A program made the position numbers and the translations under genes. Positions 52,155-64,000 of a stretch of 64,000 nt of DNA are shown piece after piece; within the stretch, counting starts at the first letter, position 1; each line of letters begins with the position of its first letter. This DNA is from Bigelowiella natans CCMP2755 (lineage: Eukaryota; Protista; Cercozoa): contig ADNK01002325.1 in NCBI GenBank assembly GCA_000320545.1, positions 70,347-134,346 on the forward strand, written 5' to 3'. The notes below the pieces were generated by a model that worked only from the letters and a program-made list of their open reading frames with translations, was not told where the DNA came from and searched no databases.

Positions 52155-54158
52155 AATAGAGAAAGGGAAAAGAGTAGAACGACGACGACAACGACGACCA
52201 CGATGAAATTTTCTTTATTCCTTTCACTTTGGTTCTGTAGTCATGTGAAGCTTCTGTTCGAAAATGGCAAGACCCACTACCGTTTCAAGTTGTTGAAGAG
52301 TGGCAATATTGACGAGAATCCATTCACTAAGATAAAAAAAAACACAGCTGCTTTATGGATCTCCTCCTTCTGCAAGCTAGTGTTGAAAATCAACAACAAG
52401 AAACAGAAGAAACAACCGCAACAGAGAGACGGGCATGTCGTAGCTATTAACAATGAAAACGGAGAAGAAAAAGGAGAGGGAGAAGGGGGCGGAGGAGGAG
52501 GAGGAGGAGGAGTATTGGCCATTCTGACCAGTGAGAAGGAATCTGCTACTTCTACCACTTCGTTCTCCTCTATGAGCGGCAACACGATCGATGTAACGAA
52601 GGACCTACAGCAGTTCATAGTAGATGGAGTCCTCCGCATACGTCCTTGTGAGTCTTGGTGTGAGTTGTTTCAGGATATAAACAAACAACTTATTGGATCG
52701 GAATTGCTAGTAATCAGGTTCGCCTATTATTATTATTATAATTATTATTATCATTATTATCATTTATTATTTATTATCATTAATATTATTGTTATAGTTA
52801 TTATTATTATTAGAAGGAAGAGGAAGTGACTTGTTCCTCCATGATGACGCAACACTCTCGCATTCGTATAAACATAACAACACTCTCGCATTCGTATAAA
52901 CATAATAACAGTTATGATTAGCGATGGTACTTCCTTCACAGATTGACTAAGGGAGAAGGGAAGAGTAGGTGCTTTTCCTACTACTACTACAGCCTTGCAG
53001 ACCTTCAAGCAGGGATAATGGTAGAAGAGGTTCTGAAGGTAACACTAGCTTTTATCACTGGTGTTGTAGAACGCTGCCTTTACAATTAGCATCCATCCGA
53101 TATTAATCATTGTATCTTATTCTTCATATATTGTCACTCTCCCCCTCCTCTTTCCTCTCAGCACCAGCAGCAGCGGAATGATGATAAGGAGCATAAGAAT
53201 CATCATCATCATCCTGATGAAAGAGGAGACGAGAAAGCGAATCATGTCACCTCTGACCTTCTGCACCACCGGCCAACCGAAGAGATGGTCATTATAGATG
53301 ATGACGATGATGTGAAAAACGATGGAGATAAGGATCAAAGGGGAGGATATACCGACAACCCTCACCCCCCCCCTCCGGCTAAATACCGCAGCAAAGATGG
53401 AAATGAAAAAGAAAAAGAAGAAGAAGTTCGCACTTCAGAGATGGGAGGAGGCAAGTTGACGGGAAGGTTGCGACAGCATACTAGCACAGAGGGGGAGGAG
53501 CAAAGCCGTGATGATATTACGAGGAGAAGAAATAGATTGAGAAAGGATCCTAATGATAATAATCATGATAGAGGAAATTCATTACACGATGTTACCGGTC
53601 AATCCACCCAGAGAAAGGGAGGATTGAACACAACGATGACAACCACAACCACAACCACTAGGACATGTAAGACAGTCATCACCAACGAAGCTGCAGCAGG
53701 AAATGATGATGAAGAACAAAAAGAAAATGATAAACGAGGACCTCGCAGCAAAGATGATGCTCACGAGACCAAAAGAAACGTAAAAGACAAGAAAGAGGGC
53801 TGCGACAAGAAGATGCGCCACAACGACGAAAACCGAAGGAGAAGAAGAAGAAGACCTACACTAGTAGTTGAGTCCGAGACTACTACAAGGCGAAGAAGAG
53901 ATAATGAAATTGATGACTTTAATAATGACGATGATAACGATGAATATACCGCTGCTCAAACTAACAAAGCACAGCCTTTCATCTCCCCCTTTCTGCTACA
54001 AATTGCATCATCACGTTCTTCAGGTCAAAATGTAGTAGTATCATCACCATCCGCCAACACCGCTCCTATCCCCCGTCCTTCTCCTCCTACCACTATCACC
54101 GCCAACCACACAGCGAAAGGAGAAGGGAAAGCGGGAATAGAGATAGAAGAAGGAGGAG

Positions 54159-54189
<31 letters not shown>

Positions 54190-55825
54190 CAAAGCAGCGT
54201 CTATTCATGAAAAAGAAGGAACTGATGACCAGGAAGGTATCATTGTGGCAGACGATTCAAATGATGACAACAACAACAACAACAACAACAACAGCAGCAG
54301 CAGCAACAACAACAAGAAGCATCAGCTACTTCCTTCTTCTTCTCCTTCACAACCTCATCATCATCAGCAGCAGCAGCAGATAAAGGCGCCAAAACCTTCT
54401 CGACTCCACCTCGATTGCGGTGGTTTACGAGGAGAAAAAGGAGCAGGAGAAAAGGGAAGAGGAGGAGGAGGTTCTCGCCATAAAGATAGGAATATTGATC
54501 AACAGGAAGATCTTCGTCAAAATCATCAACGAGTGCCAACAAAGCCAGTCAAAGCAACGTCTATGCCGGTACTGCTTGCTGCGGCATTGCTACCAACGGA
54601 GCATGATAATCGAAGGAAAAAGAAGATAGTGATGGCTCAGGAGAGGAGAAAGAAATGTGATCTCAATCTTGATAATACCAAGGAAGGTCAAGGCCAAGAG
54701 GAAGACAAGAACCATGACAAAGGAGGAGGAGGAGGAGGAGGAGGAGGAGGGGAAGGAAAGAACAAAGAAGCAGAGTTGATTCGTCGTTTAAAACATCGTC
54801 TATCGCCCCTTCTCCCCTTTTCGAGAAGAGGAAAAGGAGGTCATAAATCTTCCGTATGTATGGGCTGGTATACGATGCTGTGTATCGATGCAAACCTCCA
54901 AATGGGAGATAACGTGGCACGGCCTGTGCATCTCAAGCTGGTCATTCTAGACAATAATACCAACAACAAAAGCTACGATAATAGTAATGATAACAATAAT
55001 AGTAGTAACACAAGCCCCAGAATACTATCATCATCATCGTCGTCGTCATCATCATCATCAATATCCATTGAGCTTTTAGCTTTCGAGGATATGACATCAA
55101 TGGACCCATTCTTTGCTCTGCAGCTGCATCATTGCGTCTATTCCTCCTCCTCCTCCTCCTCCTCCTCCTCCTCCATGAAAACAAAAACGATGATGACCAC
55201 AACGAAGGTGTGGAAGGTGAACCCCTTCACAATAGGGTTGGAGCAGCAGTACCGTGGACATTATCGTCGGCATCATCATCATCATCATCATCATCACCAT
55301 GATCAACGTCATCATCCCCCTTCTCGTTACGCAATAATACTACCTTCAGAAGACCTCTGCAAGATCTGGGGACTGCAGCTCTCTCTTGCGATCGATCTTG
55401 GAGCTACGACTCTTCGCCACTGCAAGAACAAAGTGCAGCAGCAGCAGCATCTACCGTTGCCTTTATCACCAGCTTCTTCCGCCTTCCAATGCTTTCCTCT
55501 AATACTGGAAATGAGAACAACAACAACTCCCAAAAGAGCATTCAATGCTACAGGAGACCGCGGCAATGCTTGTATTTGCTGCTCAGGCATGCTGGTAGTG
55601 TATGGAAGATTAGGCTACGCGTCCTTCTCCGGTGCAATCGGTGTTACAAGAATAGTGCCATTAGCGAGCATAGAATCTGCTTTCGCCGAGGAATCTTCGG
55701 GCTTGACGACGATGATCTCGACGATGTCTTGTGGTGGTGATGGAGGACAGTGGTGAGTTTACTTATATATGATTGTATAAATGACGATGGTGATAGTAAA
55801 AAGTAGTTGTAGGATGTAGTTGTAG

Positions 55826-55857
<32 letters not shown>

Positions 55858-56890
55858 GTAGTAGTAGTAAATTCGGCAGTTTGTTCCTCTATGGCGTTAT
55901 TATTGCTTTCACAAGATTATGATGATGATGATGATAATCCATGAAATCGGTGACGCTGCTAATTCCGCCGCAACGATGACCACGGTCATATACAACAAAG
56001 GTACAGTAGGCTCGTTGTCAAGATGAAGGGTAGTAGCGGAGGAGGAGAAAGCAGCCTTGTGTTCCGAAGCCAGGCCACTTCAATAACTCAAAAAGCGAGC
56101 GACTGTATCACCTCCCTCATAGCGAATAAAAGACAGCAGCCGCCGAATTATGGTAATGATAATAATAACTGTTTCGAGGGTGGCGTTGAAGAAAGACAGA
56201 TGGAGGAGGAGGAGGAGGAGGAGGAGGAGAAGGAGGAGGAGGAGGGGAGATCTCATCGTCAACGACTACAACAAAGGCAAGAGAGGTGGGGCAGCAAGAT
56301 CACTACTAGAAGCAGCAAGGGGAAGGATAACGACGCAGCAAACCATCATCATCACCACCTAAAACGATGGCGACCTGGATTTATCGAAACTCTTGCCCTC
56401 GTAATGGCCGTAGAAGTTCCTCAATTCTTCATCGGAATTATCATCGCTCTCCTTCACTCACAGGTTGCGCATATAATAGCTGCTAGCTAGTCTTCTGGTT
56501 GTTTGGAAAACGAAATCAGTTGCATAAATATAGAATCTTACTTACCACTTGCTACTACTATTACTACTTGTGATTGTTGGCTGCGTGTTCTTTAGGTCTA
56601 TCTCATGACTTCATCATTTCAACTATGTGCAAGGCTCCCAAAAGCCCTCTTTGGTCCCATCCTCAGCGTCTGGACGATGATACAGCTTGCGCATTTTCGA
56701 ATCGTACAGTGGATTCCCACTATAGCCTCAACCTCCGCCTTCACCACAAATGTGAGTATGAGGGGGGGTACAGCAGCTACAACAACTAGACCCTCCTCTT
56801 CGGCAAGATCGATGACGATAAAGAAGGATAAATCCTTCATCACAGAAGCTAGCAGCCTTCGCGTCGGCCTAAGTAGAAGAAGCTACAGCA

Positions 56891-56923
<33 letters not shown>

Positions 56924-57455
56924 CGATGATGATGCGTAATGATGGCAAGGTGTCAGCAGATGCAAGCAGTCCAACAGCTACTACTTCGACAACATCGCTG
57001 CTATCAGCAGATGCACATTTAAGGCTCCAGATGATGGAACTAGCTACCATAGCTTCAGGTAGTAGGAGGAGCAGCAGGAAAAGGAAGAAGAGGATATTTT
57101 CTTCGCTTAATTTGGTGTTTGATCTAAATCTCTAATTCGTATTTATTTCACAGCACTTGGGATCGTATTACTGGTTGGATTTGACTGCATGGTCATGCGC
57201 AATGCACAAGAGCATCAGGAGGAGCAGGGAGGGAGGGAGAGGAATCTGGATACTCTTCCATTCACGCAGGTTCTCGTGAGCATCTCACAAGCAAGCATAA
57301 CAGCCACGTGCATCACGATAGTGGTGGCCTTTTGGCTCTGTACTTTAGCGTTGTTCCCTACAGCGAGTGAAGATGAAGTGAGGGAGGAGGAAGAGGGAAA
57401 AGAGGACGGAGATAATAAACAAATGAAGCTCCAGCAAGAAGAGAAAAAGAAATGA
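50690..57455 (+). CDS. Large multidomain protein: beta-trefoil-like region, DUF3395-like segment, disordered linker, PH and GRAM-like domains, C-terminal TM segments; 5' end unresolved
   Basis: ORFs 50969, 52041, 53285 (823 aa), 56023, 56605 and 57189 are linked by introns. YFYIQNCASNQFLTV; IDVTKDLQQFIVDGVLRI; PH-like ..RYAIILPSEDLCKIWGLQLSLAI; hydrophobic helices near the C-terminus. Domain calls are by eye. Confidence 0.55.
52849..52906. repeat. 28-bp tandem duplication (CAACACTCTCGCATTCGTATAAACATAA x2) in a probable intron
   Basis: Seen directly. Confidence 0.85.
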
Positions 57456-57809
57456 GAAATAGAGGCCGCAACGACAGAGTAATTCAGAAAATCCCGCACT
57501 CATATTTTGTGACGTTCCTAAAAAGTTATTAATGTGAAAAAATCAAAATTTTAACAGTGAAAATTTGCAAAAAGTAGCTGGCATAACCATAGACAGAAAC
57601 AGGGAAATCCTGAGTTAATGATCAATACATAGCTACGGAAGAGGAGCTTCTTTGCTGCAGTAACATTTGCGTACATGCATGTCTGCAAGACCACCACATA
57701 TGATCGCAGAGTACCGAATCTAGAAATGAGCACATACTGAACTGTTTAAAAACAAGTCTATATAAGTATCACAACAAAATATGGGGGAAAACCATGTTCG
57801 CATTCTCCA

Positions 57810-58380
57810 TCATGAGTCTAGCTAACATGCTAGCGCATGCGTGGTCATCACGTACTAGCGTAGTTATCTAGTTATGAAGTCGCAGCAGCCAAACTCATAT
57901 GTTAACTGTTGGTAGCTACAGCGCGACCTGTCTGCACAATGGTGTGCAAAGCGCGATGGGTTTGTGCAGCATTACTTTGTACAGTGTGCACAACATTCTA
58001 GCATGCATGACTGCACGCATGGCATGCATGGAGATCTCTAGATGTAGCAGTTCTAGAGCCAGCTAGGCCATGTAGCACATCGCAGCTAGCATGGAAAGAT
58101 GAAGCACAAAGACAGACGCACTGTGCACATTCTGCATGTCGAGACTATCGTGCAATTCGAGTACAACACAAAGCCACAAAGCAATGAACAAATCTGATGA
58201 TTGGACAATGCTACAAATGGGAACTTCTCAAAGTTTTGATCGACATGACTCCACAATGATGGTAAAGAACTACCCAGAGAATAATTCGAAATCCACATCA
58301 CCGCAACAGCAGTGGCAGCATCATCACCATGTGTCTCTATGCGTGCAATTACGCATGCATTGAGGTTAAACACGCAACAT
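57810..58380. repeat. Palindrome-rich intergenic zone 7, between convergent genes
   Basis: CATGCTAGCGCATGC at 57826-57840; many CTAG, TCTAGA, GCATGC and TGCA words. Confidence 0.8.
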
Positions 58381-58609
58381 GGCGATGTTGTTCCACTTCC
58401 TGTCGCTGGGACAGTGGACGAATTTGCTTCTGCACTTCGAAAATCTCCGCGATGAACATTCGATGGGTTGTCCTGATCGTTGGGTGTGTTGCTGTCACTT
58501 CTTTCAATTTGTTAAACGGGTGAGTTCATGCGATCACAGGTGTCTGAAATCGGTTGGTTTGAATCATGATGAGGCGAGTTAGCCCCGATGCTTGAAGCTG
58601 GCTTTTCTT

Positions 58610-59537
58610 TCAGCAAGTGGTGTGTGCAATTATCCTGCCCCTTGATTTTCTTTTCTTTTCTTGATGGTCCAACTGATTGAGTTCGTTTTGCATCCTCCTT
58701 GTGTTCAATTCTGTCATCTGCAATCTTCCAATGGATTTTTGTGCCATCTGCGTTCTCTGGACAACACCGAGTCGAGGTGCGGATGGTGAGCTTTTATCGT
58801 GAAGCATGGCAACCACGTTGAAAGCCCTTATGTTTGATTTACCTGAGTGATGGTGCTCTAATCCATGAACATTTCGCGTGGAGCGTTGGCTCCTCCCACG
58901 ACGACGGCCTGTGGACGAAGAGCTTACACTACCTCCATACGCAGCGTTCCTCACCTTTCCCTTAAGCATATAAATAACTACAGCGAGGGCGCACGCGTCG
59001 CAGAAAAGGGCGACAAGAAAGAATATATAGATGTCGCGGCCAGATAGCATCGCTATTGAGCAACAGCAGCTTAGGAACATGTGAATTGTCACGAATAACA
59101 CCAATCGTTGGAAACGGTGAGCTGTGGTTGCCTTATCAGCATTTGCCGAGCTTGACACCTTATAAGCGAGGAGTATACCGTAGAGAAGGTAAGCAACCAT
59201 TAGAAGCAGAGAAAGTCCCACGATAATGCTCGAAACGACGTATGGTGGGAGGTCTAACAAGAAGAATAGTAACCCAACAACTAGGACTGAACCACCAAGG
59301 AGCGTACTGGTCAATATGAACCTCTTCTGGAATTGTTCGAATGGATTTTTTGAGAGTCGAGCATTGTGTATGACGCTAGCCCATTGGAACACGATAAGAC
59401 AGTAGAGGGTAAAGCTGATGTAATATGGAAGCGCTATAATTCCCAATGAAATGCCAAAATGCATGCGAGCGTGCTCGAACCCATCGATCAGCCGTGCAAC
59501 CTTAGGATTGGATGTCACATATGAGATCAAGTTGTGC

Positions 59538-59586
<49 letters not shown>

Positions 59587-61713
59587 GTATCTTTCACTGA
59601 GGTCAGCATGTTGTCACTATCCCCCTCCTCCCCCCCAACCCTCTGATTTTGCAACTTCTTTTAGAGAATTTGATGTTTACTCACCATTAACACGCTAACA
59701 ATCCTGACGATAGCAAAAGCGAGGATGAGAATGTGCGTCCAGACAGTGATCTTGGACTTGAATCCTCCTGCACCCATTCGCCCAATTTGCACTAAAGCTA
59801 CTCCAGCTATGACAACAAACACGCTTATCAGCACCCAATAGCCAGCCTCGACGTTGTTCTCATTCGATGTGCAGCTGACTTGATCCGCAAGAAGTGTGAA
59901 TTCAGTGAGGTGGTTGCACACGCAAAGATGCGCTCCATCGGAACTAATGCCGTTGTACACGCATCCTTCTCCGCTCCACGTTTGGAGAACCGTATCCCAA
60001 AAGCGGCAAAGCTTAAGCGTGTTGCATTCTTCCTGCACAGATGTGAGAACAATTGTGACATTCGCGATGGCGTCTTCACTGCTGTGAGTGTCTTCTGAAG
60101 ACAATAGGCGCACTCCAGAAGCGTTGTAAAGATTGACTGAAGCAACATCTGGCGACGCGAACACGAAGCCGTCACCAGCCCCTCCTGCAGCTGAGGATTG
60201 CTGCTGCTGCTGTACGTTCTGCTGCGAGTTATGTCGGCAACTTGAAACGGACGCTGTCCCAAGTCGCAGGAGAGTGAGGACACTCTGTGCACGCTCATAC
60301 TCGCCTGATAATAATGTGCCAAGATGGATTCAGATGATGAGAAAACAGCATGCAACGCAAAGAAGAAGCCTTTATTTTCATCATATCGCTTCAGACATTG
60401 CGTAGAGAGGGTGTGAATTTTCGTGAACGTTTATGCTCAATGAATGCAGCCCAGCGTCTTCTCTCCCCCTTCTTCACGACCCCAAAAAGGAAGTATGAAG
60501 ATTGATGTGTGTGATGCAAAAGTTACTATCTTACAAAGACAATTTTCACCTCTACAACTATAAATCACTATTTGTTACCTGGTGAAGACAATGAAGTCGT
60601 CGTTGATGCAGTGACAGTAGGGTCAACAGTGACGCGGAATGAAGAAGATGCGTTCAAGCCTCCAGCCTCATCCGCAAATATAGAGCCTGTAGTCGCGTCG
60701 AAAGCGGAAGTAGTGTATTGCACGCCTCCTGTGTTTGATTGAGGAGGGGAGGTTGGCCCAGCCCTTCGCAGGAGCACATCCATGGAATCGATCGTTTGGT
60801 TTAGGAGGGCGCATGATGATGTCGTGGTTGTTGTTGTAGCAAGAATTGTAGCTGAGGACGAATCTGCATTGGAGCTACTGAAGGAATTCACTTTGAGCAA
60901 CATCGCAGAGAACCCATCAGCGAGCACGTGACCCAGCTCAGATGCTAGATTCTCCGGTGTCGCATGATTTGTGATCATTTCTAACGCATCAAGAGTCTTC
61001 TGTGCCTCTTCAATGGTTTCCAGGTCATCTTTTAGAAAACAACAAAAAGAGGGAAGAAATTGAAATCATAGGGGCACATCGGCAGCATGTAATTAGAATT
61101 GGTTCAAGAACAAGCGCACACACAGTGATCGATCAGCACGTCGTTCAATCTAACAAACAATAAAAGAAGAAGAAGAAGAAGAAGAAGAGTAAGCATACCA
61201 ATGGAATCTTGAAGAGTTTCTGTTACGAGGAGGGCCATCTCTCCTTCGGCAATCTCGGGCACAGATGCTGCTCTCGCAACAAAAGAGGACGCGATTTGCC
61301 AAAGCTCTGAAGAGAGGGACTGCAGAGTTGCGCTTGTGGAACATCCGCTGTTTGAAACCCACCAAATGAATCATTTTGTCCATATCTCAATGAATGACTG
61401 CAAACGGTTGTTGTGATTTAGAAAGGAATTTAATATTCTCTTTACCTAATGGTGGTGTTTGTCGGTGTCGTTGCCAATGTCCCCGCATAATCTGGACATT
61501 CTGAAAGCGAAATATCACCACCGTCACTTCCCTTCCTGGGAATCTCGTCTATCACATCCATGGCCAGGCGAGAGAGACTGAGCATATTTGTCACGTCTCC
61601 CAGATCCCAGAGATTGGCCAATGTGGTGTTCAGGCTCCGACACATATCATCTCGCAGTCCATAGCTATGATAGTCGACATGGAATGCAGGATATGCTTCC
61701 TCGACCTTGGCAA

Positions 61714-61755
<42 letters not shown>

Positions 61756-62229
61756 AGCGAGGATATGTATGCATGCATGCGTGCGTGCGTCCGTATGTGT
61801 ATGTATGTATGTATGTGTGCTATGTAGTTTGTCGCAGGGTTTGCAATTACCATTTGTCGCAACAAGAAAACAGCTTGAGACGTCTTGAGGCACTCGGTTG
61901 TCTGCTGTGCAAAAGAAGGATACTGCTGCGCTAATACCCGAACAGGGCCAAACTGCCTATACGACACACCGCCCAAGACGTCTCTGGCTCCGATCAGAAT
62001 CATGTGGTCTCCAGGCGGAAGAGTGAATTTACAGTCTGCGATTTATGGTCTCGTGGTTCAGTGGGAGTAGTCAAGGTGATATACATAGATAGAAACATTT
62101 ATTTCAAAATGCATTTGGAGAAAGTATTGAATTGATGTATATATACATGCATATATGTGTGTGTGTGTGTATGTGTGTAGGGCGAGATCCCAGGTTGTTG
62201 GACAGTGCATGTTACATCATATTACTTAC

Positions 62230-62275
<46 letters not shown>

Positions 62276-63547
62276 GGGGGGGAGGAGAGATCCCATGATG
62301 TGTTCTCCCTCCCATCACTCCCACAACAATTATACTGTTGGCTACATACACACGCACGCAAACACCAAATATGCACATGCACTCTTACAGAAGAGAACGG
62401 GCAAAGAACTCGAGAATCCGACTGGCTAGTAGATTGAGGAAAATAAGCGAAGGACATTAGAACTGGGGCGGTGGCCGTATCCGAGATGAAAACAGAGGCT
62501 GTAGCTTCGAATGTTGTCGTGTACGCTGTTCCAGACGAAGGTTGAACCCGAATCGATGTCACATTTGGAGCATCAACTACTTGGATTGTAACCTGATACA
62601 CGCCACGTCATAAATCATGACAATATCAACGCAAACAAACAAACACACACACACACACACAAAAACATACATACGCAATCCCAAAACTCTATATAGACTC
62701 TCAGTAAAAATGCATATGTTGTATTGGATCTGTGCATGCATGCGTACGTGCGTGTGTGCGGAATTGGTGATTTAGATGTTGGTGCACATGGTATATATAC
62801 CGACGCAAGAAGATTCTCTGACTCTCTCTCAACATAGACGGTGAATTTGTCCTGTTGTTGCTGCTGCTGTATAACTGCTATTTGAGAGAGAGGAAGGACA
62901 AGGGATGCTGTGGTGGCGAGAGTTGTCGTTGCCCCCGAAGATGAGGAGAGGGGTGAGGGGGAGGAACGGTGCGACGAGGAGGAATGAAGAGAAAAGAAGG
63001 AGGAACGGGATGATGATGATGATGATGATGATGGATCTCCAATCACCCAACGGTATGCACCGCTGCCACTACTTTCGCTACCAGCATTGCCATTCGAAAT
63101 TCGATTTGCTGTGAGGGCAATAAGGCCATTTCGGGATACGATCAAGCTTTTCCCGGAAATAAACAACGCAGGAGAGTCCTCTGAGATCACACGGACGAGG
63201 AGCGAGCGGTCGCTAGAGCGTCGCAGCGTACCATCGTTGGACACTACAGAAAAGTTTACCGTGATGTTCAATATAGAAGGGAAACGGGTGGAATAACGAA
63301 GGGCGAGAGATGGGATAGAGAACACATCCCCATTTGCCGATATCTGAACTGCAGAGCATGGTTGTTGTGCCGTGTGGTTGGTGCAGCTCCATTCGAAGAC
63401 TCTGGTCGCATTCTTCGCCTCCTCAGGGTCATATGAAGCTGAACCGGCGTCTAAGTACAGGTCTAGGCTGTTTGCTGGAATTTCCTGAAAGTCTCCGACA
63501 CCTTTGATCATTGCTACGGGAGGACGAGCGCTGGTCTCTAGCACATC
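58610..63547 (-). CDS. Adhesion-GPCR-like protein: REJ - GAIN/GPS - 7TM; 5' end outside the window or in low-quality sequence
   Basis: REJ motifs LDAGSASYDPE and VQPSSGTAYTTTF; GPS CRFWDTVLQTWSGEGC...CVCNHLTEF; then two TM helices (59661-59860) plus five more in 58610-59530 and a basic tail. Confidence 0.8.
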
Positions 63548-63727
63548 CTAAGTAGTAGGTTGAAGGCTCATCAATCATTAAGAGAGTGGATTAATGCAGT
63601 AACCACGTTCTTTCAAGGAAGATAAAAAATCTCTCTCTAACCTCTCTCTCTCTCTCGCTCACTCAACACACACACAGAGAGACACACAGAGAGAGAGAGA
63701 GGGGGGGGGGGGGGGGGGGGAGAGAGA

Positions 63728-63760
<33 letters not shown>

Positions 63761-64000
63761 AAGAAGAAGAAGAAGAGAGAGAGAGAGAAAAAAAAAAAAT
63801 TGAAAAAGGGGGTTCCCCCCCCGATTCTGGGCTTGGGGGGAAAAGGGAAGGTTTTCCCGTTTGGTGAAAAAGCCCGGGTGCGCCCCCAAAACATTTGGTT
63901 AATTTCCCCCAAAAATGACTTTGTTGTCTCCCCCCGGGGGCCCCAAGTGTTGTGGGGTTTTTTGAAAAATTTTTTTTCGAAAAAAATTTTGTTAAAAATC

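Noticed and set aside
2535-63296. Many short poly-Leu/Met/Val/Cys ORFs in the six-frame track
   Set aside because: Antisense or off-frame readings of trinucleotide and dinucleotide microsatellites.
63600-64000. ORFs 63637-63912 and 63659-63889 and homopolymer-rich terminal sequence
   Set aside because: Runs of doubled and stretched bases look like low-quality read-end sequence; no credible coding signal.
1-64000. Transposases, reverse transcriptases, tRNA or rRNA genes
   Set aside because: No recognisable motifs found by eye; tRNAscan-SE and Infernal would be needed to exclude small RNAs.

Overview
Eukaryotic nuclear DNA, intron-rich (GT-AG) and saturated with microsatellites. The style suggests a protist such as a chlorarachniophyte; this is inference, not verified. 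Most short ORFs in the supplied track are artefacts of trinucleotide runs. Manual splicing gives 13 protein genes: ATG27/CD-M6PR-like (+, partial), a CHAT protease-STAND NTPase-TPR NLR-like protein (-), 7TM-RGS (+), a polycystin-1-like REJ-GPS-5TM-PDZ protein (-), a ~14-finger C2H2 protein (+), GOS28 (-), VPS22/SNF8 (+), a tyrosine-kinase-like/FAD oxidoreductase fusion (+), a DUF707-like protein (-), a TupA-like ATP-grasp protein (+), UBC12 (-), a large PH-domain membrane protein (+) and a REJ-GPS-7TM adhesion-GPCR-like protein (-, partial). Genes alternate strand almost perfectly. Downstream of every + strand gene 3' end lies a 0.4-0.8 kb zone packed with self-complementary words (CTAG, CATG, TGCA, CATGCTAGCATG) that I did not see in divergent promoter gaps. 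The most notable items are these 3'-end palindrome zones, the caspase-like NLR and the kinase-oxidoreductase fusion. Exon boundaries were read by eye and several 5' ends are uncertain.
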